Part shown: positions 36,361 through 49,213 of the stretch, piece after piece
Numbering within the stretch: the first letter of the stretch is position 1
How the letters are laid out: each line of letters starts with the position of its first letter
Assembly (NCBI GenBank): GCA_030390025.1
Contig: CM059432.1
Coordinates: forward strand, 115,074,001-115,138,000
Reading direction: 5' to 3'
From: Squalus acanthias
Taxonomy: Eukaryota
DNA: 64,000 nt
Notes under the pieces: generated by a model
Database searches by the model: none
Told to the model about the DNA's origin: nothing
What the model saw: only the letters and a program-made list of their open reading frames with translations
Program-made: the position numbers and the translations under genes

Positions 36361-38345
36361 ATGTCTACTTCAAGGCCCAAGGTCTCACCACGGTTTAATG
36401 ATGACTCACTCCATGCTCTGGTGGAGGGAGCCAGGCACAAAAGGAGGTTCTCTTTCCATCCTCTGTGAGGAAAAAACCTCCTCAGCAGACCAAAGCTGTG
36501 TGGCTGCAAGTTGCCCAGGAGGTGAGTGCCAGATCGATGTGCAGCAGAACCTGGCTGCAGTGCCGAAAGAGGTTTAATGGCCTTGTCGGAACAGGCAAAG
36601 TGAGTATACCATCACGTTTACCCTAACTCTGCTCCCCATCTCTTCTCAGCACCATCACTCTGCATTGTCAACCTACTCCTACACATCCCACTTTACCCTT
36701 ACATCCCTTTACCCTTAACCATTCCCTCTCTCTCTATGTGCACAATCACTTAACTATTCGACTATGCTGCCCTCACACTCCCAATCACGGTTATGCTATG
36801 ACAACAACTAACAACACACAGGGAGGGCTCTTAGTATTGGGACCTCACTCCATCTTTGTTTCCTTCTAAGCATCTATGCTATGGATTATCTACACTCACT
36901 CCATCATTCTCACTCAAACTCCACTTGTGTCCCTCATTGCAGGAAAAGAGAGCCCACAATAAGAGGGAAAGGGCGAAGACCGGAGGAGGGCCACCCTCAA
37001 TAGCTCATCTTACCAGCGCAGAAGAGGCGGCCCTAGAGATCGTTGGCGCCGAAGAGGATGTGGAAGTGGGGGATGGACAGACGGGCACATCAGAGCAAGC
37101 TGGTGACAGAATAGTTTTGCATCTCTCTCATTGACATTGCATGAGTGACTGATAAGTCAATCTGTTTGAGCATCAGAAGCCATATGATCATCTGCAATAT
37201 TCAATATGCATGCTACGTTTATGTCACATGTCTAACTCATGCCTTTACTCCCCCACAGGACCATCGACAGCCCCCCTCCCCACTGTCCAGGAGGAAGAGG
37301 TTGAGCCGGAAGACTCCTCAGAGGAACCTGCAACCTCTGAGGGCGCACCGTCAGCAGAATTAAGCGCACCCAGCACCAGCGCAGAGACGCATACCTCGGT
37401 GGGTCCTTCGCGAGATAGTGTAGTGTTGTCACCTGGTGTATCACAGCTCACAAGTGAGCATCAGCAGATGGTGGAGACAGGGACAGCAGTGGAGAGTCCA
37501 AGTCGGAGGCCGCAGGAATCTGCCAGCTCGGCTCAGCTGCATGTGGACCCTGTGCCTCCGGGTCCATCCAGAAGGAGAGCGGTGCTGGAACTCCAGGAAC
37601 AGGTGCAGGAGTCTCTGGCAGGTTTTGTCTCCAGGGTCACTGCAAGTGTGGAGCGGATGGAGGAGTCCAACGCTAACATGAGCAGAGCCTTTGTGGAGGC
37701 GTTGGCGCATGAACGCAGCACCACGGAAAGGATGGCAACCTCCGTGGAAAGGATAGCTACCGCCGTGGAAAGGATGGCTACGGTAGAGGAGAGGATGGCT
37801 ACGGCCATGGAGGAGCTAACTCGCCAGAGTGTGGAAAACATGGTGAATGTTCAGAACAGACTGACATCTCTGGAGGAGCGATGGACAGCTGTTGATCAGA
37901 GAAACCAGACCTTCATGGAAGTCCTCTGGAGCAGGACTGCCAGTGCAGAAATGGGTCCACATGGCCCCCCTGATGTGCAGCAAGGTGCTGTCAAGCCACT
38001 TGCTAGCTCTGAAGTGGGGCTGACCCATGAGAGGGATGTTGGTGGCAGAGAACAAGGAAGTGGGGGCTCCTCTCCAAGCGCTCACACTCCCATGCCACTG
38101 CGGAGCCCTCGGTCAGAGCCCCACCAGAGCCCTCACCCAACTGAGATGGGCGTCTCAGCCCCTGCACAGCTGCAGGAGGAGCAGACTGTTGGCGAGCCCT
38201 CACAGGCTCGCAACCCCAGAGGACGCCCGCCAAAGGTGTTGAAGCAGGAGCAGCATGAGAGTGAGCAAGGGCCTCCACATCTGCTGAAGCCACAGGGGAA
38301 GCACCACGTAGGAGCACACATAAGAGGAAGATAATGCACAAGTAG
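36361..38345 (+). pseudogene. Harbinger Myb/SANT-like gene, exons 36361-36599, 36943-37102, 37259-38345
   Basis: PRFNDDSL...WLQVAQEVSA...RTWLQCRKRFN; canonical GT/AG sites; frameshifts in exon 1 and near the 3' end. Confidence 0.88.
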
Positions 38346-38603
38346 TCACAAGGGTAGCCACTTAGATGTTCTGTTGTGTTTAATTGTTAAATGCCATCCT
38401 TTAGTCAATGTATTAAAATGAAGTGATGGCAAACTGTTGAAGTTCTGGACTCAGTCATTTTGGAAATGGAAGTTCCACATTGAGGGCTCAGGGCGAATTG
38501 TCTTTGTCATGATGGTGGTCAGAGTGATAGGAAGCCACAGGTTCTTGTCCATTGTCTATGGTGTGGTAAGAAGGTGCCAGGCACATGTGTTTGAATGGGC
38601 AAC

Positions 38604-39830
38604 TTAAGCAAATCTGGCCAAGATGAGTTCATCCCTTGCATCCCGGGCAGCAATGATCTCGCATGCTGCTGCAGCTGGTTGATGCGCATCCGCAAGGTCT
38701 TCGTTCTCGTTCTCCTCCTCCTCCTCCTCATCTGAGGAGGCTATGCACTGAGCCACTTGTTCCTCAGACAGCTGCAAGCCACGATGCTGTGCGATGTTGT
38801 GCAGTGCACAGCAGACCACGACGATTCTGGAGACCCTGGCTGCTGAGTACTGCAGGGCTCCACCTGATCTGTCAAGGCATCTGAATCGCATCTTCAGCAA
38901 GCTGATGGCTTGCTCGATAATGGATCTGGTCGAAATGTGGCTGGAGTTGTAGTGCTCCTCAGCTTCGTTGGATGTCCTCCTGACCAGTGTCATTAGCCAC
39001 GTCTTCAGGGGATAGCCCTTGTCTCCAAGTAGCCATCCGCATAGTTGGTTTGGCAAAGGCACACTAGACTGCTGCAGGATGAACGAGTCATGGCAACTGC
39101 CAGGGTACTTGATGCAAACATGCAAAATGTCCTTCTTGTGGTTATACACCAGCTGCACGTTGAGGGAGTGGAAGCCCTTGCGGTTGAGAAAAAGAGCTAG
39201 GTTGTGATGGGGTGCCTTAAGGGCCACATGTGTGCAGTCTACGATGCCCTGCACCCTTGGCAAGCCTGCCATATTTGCAAAGCCATCCGTACGCGCGGTT
39301 ATACTTGCTTGATCCTTGGAGAAGTGTATGTAATTGTGGGCCTTTGCAAAGAGGGCATCGGTAACCTGCGTGATGCAAGTATGCGTGGCTGACTGGGAGA
39401 TGCCGCTGATGTCTGCTGAAGATCCCTGGAAGGAGCCTGAAGCAAAAAAGTTGAGTGCGGTGGTGACTTTGACAGCCACTGGTAAGGGGTGTCCACCTGC
39501 TCCTCTGGGTTCCAGGTGTTGGTGCAGCATTGCGCAGATGTCACCGACTACCTCTCGCGAAAGTCTCAGCCTCCTTTGGCACTGCTGCTCAGTCATGTTG
39601 AGGAAGCTCATCCTCATCCTGTAAACCCTGTTTTGGGGGTATCTCCTGCGGCGACGTACATCACCGCATTGGCGCCTTCTGCCCTGTGCACCATCAGGTG
39701 GGTGAGCAGCAGGTTGGCGCTCCTGTTGTTGCTGCTGTTGGTGCTGCTGTTGTGCCTGGTTCTGCTGCTGCCGCGGCTGCTCGTCCTCCGAATCTGAGGA
39801 CCAGGATGAAAGGAAATAAATGGTTCCCAT
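38604..39830 (-). CDS. Harbinger DDE transposase (HARBI1-like), open 408-aa ORF
   Basis: [39 protein letters not shown]; no internal stop; N-terminal poly-Q, C-terminal acidic tract. Confidence 0.88.
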   Translation of the reverse strand: MGTIYFLSSWSSDSEDEQPRQQQNQAQQQHQQQQQQERQPAAHPPDGAQGRRRQCGDVRRRRRYPQNRVYRMRMSFLNMTEQQCQRRLRLSREVVGDICAMLHQHLEPRGAGGHPLPVAVKVTTALNFFASGSFQGSSADISGISQSATHTCITQVTDALFAKAHNYIHFSKDQASITARTDGFANMAGLPRVQGIVDCTHVALKAPHHNLALFLNRKGFHSLNVQLVYNHKKDILHVCIKYPGSCHDSFILQQSSVPLPNQLCGWLLGDKGYPLKTWLMTLVRRTSNEAEEHYNSSHISTRSIIEQAISLLKMRFRCLDRSGGALQYSAARVSRIVVVCCALHNIAQHRGLQLSEEQVAQCIASSDEEEEEENENEDLADAHQPAAAACEIIAARDARDELILARFA

Positions 39831-40582
39831 GCTGCTGGTAGATATCTCCATTGAGGAAGTACTCAGTCAATGTGGGGAGAGGGTTTTCCCAGGAGGTCAC
39901 AGTGGAGATGGATCTCAGCTTCACCACTTCCAAGATCAGTGGACCTGCAAAAAGTTCACCAAGACCTGAAAAAACAAAGTTCTGCCACCTGCAACTGATC
40001 CTTGTTGAGAGCTCCATTTTTATGGTGGAGCTGCAGCTATTAGGAAGCCAGCCACTTGTCAACCCGACAGGATTAGCTGGCGTGTTTCAGGAGAGACGCG
40101 CAGCACGCTGGAAACGTGGCAAAATTTGAAAGGCCTCTCAAAATGGGATTATAGAGGTACTTAAGTGGTAGTTAAGTGCTTTAAGGGCCTATCCCGCTGC
40201 CTGGAGGCGCAACCGAAACTGACTCTGCAAGCCCGCCTCTGGCCAAGTTTCGCAGAGGCAGGTCGACGGCGGGATCGGAACCTGCCGTCATTTTTTCCAA
40301 TTTTACCACCAGTCCCGCCTCCAAACCCGCCTCCTCAGGGCTGGTAAAATTCAGCCCATTGTGTCTGTGCCGGACACAGTTCTATCTTTATTCTTGCAAT
40401 TCATCCCATTTTAGAGTTGAACCTACATAAGAGTACTCATAAAAGTTATTCAATCCCGCCCTCTAAAAATGGAGAAAGAGCCATTCTCACACAATGCATA
40501 GTGGCCAGTCCATACAGTGATAGAGATAAAAGCTGGGAACTGTTCATGTCCTTGGCTGGAAATGATGCATTACATGTATAGA

Positions 40583-40764
40583 AGGGGTCAATTTAGCTTT
40601 GGCCAATGGTGTACAATGGGTGATATTGAATTGGCCGTCCATTTTACACCCCGCCCAATGTTTCCTTCCATTGACTTCAAAAGAAGGAAAATTGGGTGTG
40701 TTGTACAATAGATGGCTAATTCAATATCACCCATTTTACACCATCACCATTAAAATTAAACCCA
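40583..40764. mobile_element. MITE related to 14582-14702
   Basis: aggggtcaatttagc...aaaattaaaccc ends; shared internal gacttcaa..aaggaaaat. Confidence 0.6.
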
Positions 40765-40780
40765 GGGTATCAGTAAAGGG

Positions 40781-40874
40781 TCTGACGAAGGGTCATCGAC
40801 CTGAAACGTTAACTCTGTTCCTCTCCACAAATGCTGCCTGACCTGCTGAGTATTTCCAGCATTTTCTGTTTTTA
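40781..40874 (+). mobile_element. 94-bp Penelope-derived insertion containing the hammerhead core
   Basis: 13-bp TSD TATCAGTAAAGGG (40768-40780, 40875-40887). Confidence 0.85.
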
Positions 40875-42412
40875 TATCAGTAAAGGGAGATGACCTACAG
40901 AGATTGATCTCTAGGAGATGTGAAATACCCACTGGGTGTCGCATTGAACCCTATTTCCAAGACAGACAGCTAGGAGATACTGCAACAAGTGTGGCAACCG
41001 AATGATGGTGCTTGATGCAAGAAGGCCCAAGAAAGGTGAAGAGGGAAAATACAGGGGCAGATTTTGCGGTGGGTATGACAGTGTATGCTCAGAGTACGTC
41101 GTCATACTGCCTTTGAAATTGACCGCAAGTTCAGGTACACCTTGACAGATGATCCGCACCGATGGGGGAAGTACTCATTGCTGGCGCAGAGTTGGGCTAA
41201 TTGCCCACCAACTGCCCAGCAATTACATCCAAAAATGTTACGGTTAGTGAAAGGAACCCATTTGAGTGCATTTGAAAGGATTGTTAACCGTTCTGGTATC
41301 ACTTCACAATAAAATACATGTGCCTAGTGGCAACATTTAGAAACATTAAAAATATAAAATATGACAATTAATATATAAAATCATCAATGTTTCCTGCACT
41401 CCAATTGTAAGATCAAGAACTGGGCATTCAGCACAGATCTTTTATACTTCCTCCAAATGTATGAAATAAAACCACTTTGCTGTTTAAATATTATTTTATG
41501 TAATACATTTAAAGCTGCCCCACAGATGGTGTATATGTGCATGGTGTATAGTAAATCAGAAGGATCATTGTCAGCGCCTTACAGTGCTGTTGAATTGCAA
41601 TCCGTTGTAATGGACCTTTGACAGGATATTAAGAGAATAAAAAAAACTTACTTGATGTACATAAAATAAATCCGAACACATCTTTAATTTAAAAAGCCAG
41701 GCTGTTTGAAGTACAGCACAGGTAATTCTTTGGGCTAGCAAAGCACTCTACAACGCTCTACAATGCTCCTTAGAGCAAATAAGAAAAGGAACATGTTTCT
41801 TAGTACGAAATATAAATAATGTAACGTTTAATATACTTCCCAAGTAATAGAAACTGTTTTAATCTCAATAGAAGGTTGAACAGCTAAATGATTTATTTCA
41901 CTTTAGTAAACGGTCAAAGGACAAGAATCTTTCCATTGACCTCAAATTATCTTTTTTAACTTTCAAGTGGAAAACAGATGCCTAATTATTGTTGGTATTT
42001 TGTTACATAATTTTAACAAAATACTGATATAAAATAAGTGTTTTTTAAAAGTTTTTTGAAGTTTTTAAAATGTAATTTCAATGGAAGAGACTGAGAGGTT
42101 TCTGTGGGCGTGGCTTAGTTTTGACAGAATTTGTGGGCGCGTCTTCCCTTACGCATAGGCTGTACGCTGCGTTCATGGCCTTCCTGATGTCATAAACTGC
42201 GCACAACTCTGCCACGCCGAAGAGCAAGTCTACGTTCTGGGCCTCGCACAAGATAATACATATTCATACGCCGTAGCAAAGCCGCTGACCGCAATTTTCG
42301 GGCCATAATCTTTCCTCCAGTCTCCTGTTTCCTCCACACATCCTAAGACATGGCACTCATTTTACCCTCTTTGGAAAGATAAAAATGTTGAGTAACCAGG
42401 AATTGCACCCAA

Positions 42413-43344
42413 GGGGTGGACTTTCAATCGAAGCAGGCTTCCGGTGAGAAATCGCTCAGACCAGTCAACTTCCCACTTGCCAATGGCAGCAGGGGGCCTT
42501 CAGCAACATTAACTTTTATATAAATGCTGCCACTTCCTGCTCGGTACAGCTTCAAGAGGGTGCAGAGCATCTGCCGGCAGAGGAAGACTGGGCGGCCCTT
42601 GACCACCTGCTGGCTTGCAGGTTAGTGGTGGGGAGGGTCTTGTGGAAGGGAAGGGTGTAGTCCAGGGCAGGGGAGGCCCCACACAGGAAAGATTTCCACT
42701 TTCCTTTTGGGTCTCTTCTTCCTTCGTGGCAGCTTCTGACCTGGGGGGTAAGTCTGCCCACCCGAAACCACTGGGCAGAGGCAAAATGTCAGGCGGCAGG
42801 ACCCAAGGACGGTCCCCAACACTCAAGTAAGTTGTGGGGAGGGTATTTTGAGAAGGTCTCGCGATCGGGAAGTGGGGTTCCCCAGGGCAGGGGAGACCTA
42901 AAGTTCCCTTGTGGGATCTGGAGGAGCTCCTTCTGCCTCCACAAGGAAAGTCAAAGAAAATATTATAAACTTACCTCTTTTGGCCCGACTTCCTGCTAGC
43001 TTCACCAGGCAGAAAAGTCACAACGGCTTCTCCGCTCCGGACACTGGTTAGAATAGCAGTCAGGCCCTAGAAACGTCATTGGCATCTGATCTGCATGTTT
43101 AAAGAAGGACCCTGTCGGTTTAAGGAGGGTGTCCCTGTCTCCAGATCCAAAGAGCAAGTTAACATGCCACACTGCGGGAATGGAGTGGGATGTCTACGGG
43201 TAACTCTCCCGGTCAATTTAACCTGCCCGCCCACAGAACAAGATTACAGGCAGTGAGTACCAGGTGACTTCTGAGTAGGTAAGTAATCCCCTTCAGTTTT
43301 AACTGCCCGTATTCCGTCAGATGTGTATGGCTAAAATCCACCAT
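42413..43344. mobile_element. Degenerate non-autonomous Harbinger-like element
   Basis: ggggtggacttt.../...aaaatccaccat ends; CAA on both flanks; GC-rich block in AT-rich DNA. Confidence 0.55.
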
Positions 43345-44396
43345 CAAGACTTGCCAGCTCAAATTCAGCACTTAACTTACTGATGCACCCAACTTGTTCA
43401 AATAACTATTGGGGGGGGGAGGGGAAGGAGAGACAAACTGAGCTGAAGTATATCTCGAAAACTAGACAGATTTCCCTGGGCAAAGTATTTCTTCTTTTGT
43501 GGTGGATTCCCTTGAACTGTATGGTATGTGAAAATTCCGACAGTGTTAATAAAGAGACACTGAGACTTGGGGCCTGTTTGCACAGCAAATAAATTCAATT
43601 TTTTCAGTGGCAACATACAAGTTGCTTTCTCTTCTGCACGCAATTATTAATGACAGCTGGGCCCAGAAGACCTGCAGGACAGAGGTTTATAGTGAGTGGT
43701 GCTTCATTAACACTCGTCACTGAAGGAGCAAGGAAGTACTGGGGTCAACCAGCAAGTGTTACTGCCATGTATCCCAATCACTGGGCACAGTAGGCCTCAA
43801 ACATAGGGGACAATAAGGGTTTGATGAGCACTGACAGGATATGGAAAATGCCTAGAAGCCTGAAGGATGAGTTGATTTGAACTTCCAGGATCACAAACAG
43901 GATTACCTCATCCCTCCCAAGTTAATTATACTTATAGCACACAGTTGTGTGGTTCAATAATAAAATAATTTTTATTTGATGAAATCCTTGCTGGTTAAAA
44001 ATAGCCCTGTGGCTTACATTACAAACATTAGAGATATTTAATTTACCCAAGTACAGCACTTTTGCAGGTTAAAAAAGTTATTAGAGCACTGCACAGTGAA
44101 AAAAAACACTATTTAATCATGCAAATAGGAACTGATTTAAGAAAAACAAAGCACTCCTAAAGTTAGATGCAGTAAGTTGCTTGCTATTGTTAAATTATAT
44201 TTATGGCATAAGTACTTGTTCATCACATCAGACACCTTGAAATCCAGCTCTGAACTGTACTGTCCTGGAACACCACACATTATCTCAACACACTGTCGTG
44301 AAAAGTCAGCCAAGGGAAGCCTCGCACTGTTGAACCAGACACATTTTACCTTGGATATCCAGCTCTGAACTGTACTATCCTGGGACACTACATGTT

Positions 44397-45085
44397 GTGG
44401 TCAGCAACGTACCTACGGAGTACGCCGCCGGCATCCAAATAGAATGCGAACTTACCTGATGGGCACCCTCCTTCGCGAACTTGCTGCTTGGCACTGCGTA
44501 CTCGAGGGCAGCATAATGACCCACGGATTTCAGGGGCGCAGCGTGTGCGGAAGCGTACCTGGGATCACGTGGGCCTGGTGCTACAATCATCAAACAGAAG
44601 GTCTCTCATTCATTTATAATCTCCGGAAAGGAAAAAAAACAAACCCTCATTGCTAGAGCCTTCTGGATAAACATCTATACTTTCAGTTTGGATTTTATTT
44701 TTATGCTTATGCTCCACATAGATGCTAAAAAAAAAATTATTTTATCAATGTAGCACTTTTCATGGACAAATAAATATTTTCCATGGACAAAATCCTAAAA
44801 TGCTTCCATTTCTGGCCTCATAAGTTTTTTAAGTTATTTGCATTTGTCAGGAGGTATCCCCTTACACTGTGGAAACAGGCTCTGCGCCTGTTTGCACCAG
44901 CCGTAATACTTTCATATGTAATTGCTGGGCAGTTGGTGGGCAATTAGCCCAACTCTGTGCCAGCAATTAGGTTTTCTGGTCGGTGCAGGTGATCTGTCAA
45001 GTTGGAACTTGACAGAGCGCAAGTTTGGGATTTAGCGCATGCATTTCAAAGGCGGTATGACGGCATACTCTCGTAATTCTGGCCC
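44397..45085. mobile_element. Non-autonomous Harbinger-like element
   Basis: Right end aattctggccc; TSD GTT; interrupts a 115-bp tandem duplication. Confidence 0.65.
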
Positions 45086-48000
45086 GTTATCACAACACAT
45101 TGTCCTGAAGAGTCAACCAAGTGAACCCTCGCACTGTAGAACCTGACACATTTCACCCTGTCTTCCTATTGCCTTTAACATGGCAATAAGACAGTTACAG
45201 GTCTTCAGCTGCCCAGAAAACATCAAGGAGAGAAATGAGAGCCCATCTCAGGTCTTTTTTTTAAACCAGGTTGTCTGAGTTACAAAAACTGACTACTCAG
45301 GTTTAAACCTCAGAAACTAAAGTACATTTTTCACATGCACACATACATACTATATGACAGATTTTAGCTATAGGAATACAGATGTAAAAAAGTGAGTTTG
45401 GCACAGGTGTGCACATACCAGCTGCAGAATATACATGCAACTTAATCTAGTCTGATAACATTTAGCTTAGAGAACCTGACTTGCTGTATGTGCAGGCTAT
45501 GCACAAAGTATTAAGTATTTTTTTATGACCATTTCAGATGAAATATAAGCTACACAAGGAGTGGGCAAGGCACTGGGCCAATGGTGGAGCAAGGCTTGCT
45601 GAGTACAACCATCGATCTTGTGCCACAAATCTTGAGTCAAGAATGTTGAAATCCTCAAACCAAACAGCAGTGATAATGTATCTCTTCTAGTTTTAAACTT
45701 ACCAGGGAACCCAAAATCTGGCACGTACACACACTTCTCCTTCCTTTGTCTTAAGTGCATCAAAAACAAAGACATTGCCATTGTAAAATGTGATATTCTA
45801 TTCTATTTAATAACTATTAAGGTTACTTTTCCCATATCTGTAAATCCCTGCACCATTCCTTGAATGGAGTAGCAGGTAGGCACTTGGCCTGCTCCTCATC
45901 CTCATTCTTAAATTGACCACCAGGAGGTTCAGCTCCAAGGTTTTTTTGCATGCAATTTAGCCACACTATGGGGAAACAATAGCCCCACCAGCTCCTGAAT
46001 GACTGGCTGAGTTCAAGAAATTATTACCTAGGGAGTCATAGGAGCAAATGAGCAGGCTAACACTGCATTAGAGACTAGCATGTTGTACTGTTGTTTTGGC
46101 AATTTTATTTTATACACATGTATATTGCATTACAAACAGCGTAGTATTGGTGATCTGTGAAGAACAATGCAGCAATATGTAGAAATATGGTCCATGGAGA
46201 TTCACATAGTATCTAAAGTGGAATCTTGTCTACTGGAAAAGATCCCATATTACTGCTCGGATTTCATCAATGGTAGTACCAACACCAGAAAGATTAGCTG
46301 CAACTCAGGGACTTAATCTGAAACATTCAAGTCTGACTGACTCAGTACCACAATCACCAATATGTATGACCACAAGACAAGCTACTACTGTTGACACTTT
46401 AACATATGGATCTATTACATCTAACTGTACAACTTCAACACTTTAGTTATTTGAGTATTAAGAAACTAGAATGTAATTGTCTTTATCTCTGTACAGACAA
46501 CTAAAATGCCAGTGTTTCCCATTCTCTCAAATGTATTAAATCTTTTTCAAAAATGTACCTGAATTTACATCACCACTAACTTTCAATTCAAGAAAAATCC
46601 TCAGAACGAAAACCAAAAATGCAACCAGTTGTAAATCAGTTGAAAAAAAACAAATTCAAACATCAACACAATTTATAAGCTAAATACAATATAGTGAAAA
46701 ATATATTGAAAGACTGACCACTTTGTCCTCCTGGAGCAAGAATCCAAGAAAGCAAGGGAGAAAGGCAGAAGGGAAGGGAGACAAGGGGAAGAGAAAGAAA
46801 AAACACTATTATTTAATGAAGCATAAAATAGTAGCAAGCTATATCGGAATAAGAACATATAAATGGCAGCATTCACAGGCTATAAAACACTGGAGTACAA
46901 GCAATGATAGACACTAAAGGTAACATTTGTAATGAAAATTTCAGAGGTACAATGAGCAATGGAACAAAGCTGCCAGGTACAATAAAATTCAATATAAAAG
47001 TCTTCAAAATATAGGTAGAAACTTGCACGTAACTTGCTTTATAATCCGGATTTTATGAAAAAAAAAATTGGGATGGCAATTTGACATTAGCTTAGTTGTG
47101 CAGATTTCAAAAGATGTATAGAAAAGTGGTTTACTACAACACAGTAAATTGGGACAATTTAATCCTGCAGCAACAATGTTAGTTAGACTTAAGGAAGATC
47201 CTCCTATTATTTTCCTATCCTCACACACACCAATATCGAATCCTCTTTGGTGCTAGTTTATACGCAATTGATCTGTCACAAGTTGCATGTCCCCACAAAG
47301 CCATGTACAGTCACTCACCATTGTGTCACTGAGGAACAAGCTCAGCTTATGGGAGGCTTTCATATAAAGGGGCAGAGTAAGGATGAAGAGGCCCATTCTG
47401 GTGCAGTCTCACATCTGATTCCTACTAGTTAGAGCCAGTGCCATTTTTGTGTGTCCTGACAGCAATGGATTCACTTCCTGCGCGGGCAAGTCTTGCACTG
47501 CCTACCCAATTCCATCTGCCATTGTTTAATCCCATCTGACTCCCATTGGTTGGAGCCTGTGTCAATCAGTGCCTCCATCCATTTTCTATATATGGAACTG
47601 GCATGCTGGAGTATATTATGGCAATCATTTCTGATAGAGACTGAGGGTAGCGGGCCTGTGGTCTAGTCCACTGAATAACTTACACAGAAAGCTTTTCAAA
47701 ATGCATATGAAAGCAATATATTTGCCAATCAAAGTTGGAGCAGATCCTAGATGTCTGCCACATACGGGCTTGCAAACTGTAAGTCCAGCTGTTGGACTGT
47801 TTTACCCATGATTGGACAGAAAATAAAATAACCATTCAATTTTCGTATTTAAAAAAAAATCCCAAAATCCGTTTAAGGGGATGAACCTGAGAGTTATTTG
47901 GAAAGGATGGATGTTTGCCCACTGGGCTATCTGTGTCAAGCAGTTCACAGCACTCCGAGATATCTCTGTGCACACGAGGAATGTTATAAAATATACTAGA

Positions 48001-48684
48001 GGTTCTGATGAATACTTTGGCGGCTAGGTTGTGCTAAAGTGATAAAATAGTATTTTAATAACATGTGCAGAACTCTGCTCGCTGCCTGGTACTAAACTAG
48101 GACCTCTGGCATTCTCCTCAATGGTCACTGAAGAGACAATTGGAGCATTACATTAATTTCCAACTACATTTGCCAAGTCACAAATATGGTAGCATCAATT
48201 GCTTCAGTCATTGCCTGAAACGTGGTTAGCAGTGTAGATGTGCAGTTGCTGTTGCTTGGTATGGATATATTGGGAGTTCTTTTGAAATAGATTCACCTTG
48301 ATAGTTAGGCACTTAATTGATGTCTGCTCTAAGTGTTTAAATTGTGTCTTTAAAACACATGGAGTAATCCAGCACCCAAGTCAGAAAGAACATCAGAATA
48401 AAGCAGCTGGTTTGAAGCATCACAGTCAGTAGTGACCATACGTTTTACAATATATATAAAAAAACTTGTCAAACATTTGCAAAGCATTCACATAAGAAGT
48501 CCACTGGGAGAAATGTTTTAAAAAGGTACAAAAAAATTGCAAGGATTATCGCAGCTGTAGAATTCACTGATTCAGATACCAAAATTCCACATTTTTGGAC
48601 CATTCTTCCTCACTATTAAATTTACTGTGCAATATTATTGTATGACTGAGCACCTGCACAAGTTGTCCTGCCTAGTCTGGCGTC

Positions 48685-48991
48685 CGCTGTGACTCAGTGG
48701 TGGCACTCTAACCTTTGAGTTACAAGCTTGTGGGGGTCAAGTCCCACTCCAGGTGATTTGAGCACATAATCCAGGCTGACACTTCAGTGCAGTACTGAGG
48801 GAATGCTGCACTGTCGGAGGTGTCGTCTTTCAGATGAGGCGTGAAACTGACATCTGCCTCTCAGGTGGAGGTAAAAGATTCCATGGCACTATGTGAAGAA
48901 GAGCAGTGGAGTTCTACCAACATCACTAAAACACAGATCATTTGGTTATTTATCTCATTGCTGTTTGTGGGAGCTTGCTGTGTACAAATTG
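48685..48991 (+). mobile_element. DeuSINE (SacSINE1-like), 3' truncated
   Basis: tRNA-like head (tgactcagtgg; ggtcaagtcc) plus Deu-like core homologous to 16790-17060. Confidence 0.8.
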
Positions 48992-49213
48992 CTGAGTGTG
49001 TCCAGCATTTTCTGTTGTTATTTCAGATATCCAGCATCTGCAGTATTTTGCTATTGTAGAAGTATATAGTAATTGGGTGAGATGAAGTAAGGTGGGAGGA
49101 GGCTTACGTGGAGCGCATAGGCCTGTTTCTGTGCTGTAAAATTTGATGTAATTCTACGCAAAAGGAGAGAAGTCTGACTGCGGTAACTATCAGGGCATCT
49201 CACTTCTATCTAT

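Larger units (their letters stand above)
36075..40357. mobile_element. PIF/Harbinger DNA transposon copy 3 (best preserved)
   Basis: TIR gggctcgattttatca/tggtaaaattcagccc; TSD ATT; the flanks rejoin into an antisense CR1 tail. Confidence 0.95.

Noticed and set aside
38604..39851. Domesticated host gene HARBI1 (or NAIF1/MSANTD for the Myb genes)
   Set aside because: Enclosed by TIRs and a TSD, with decayed paralogues in the same window; it is transposon-borne.
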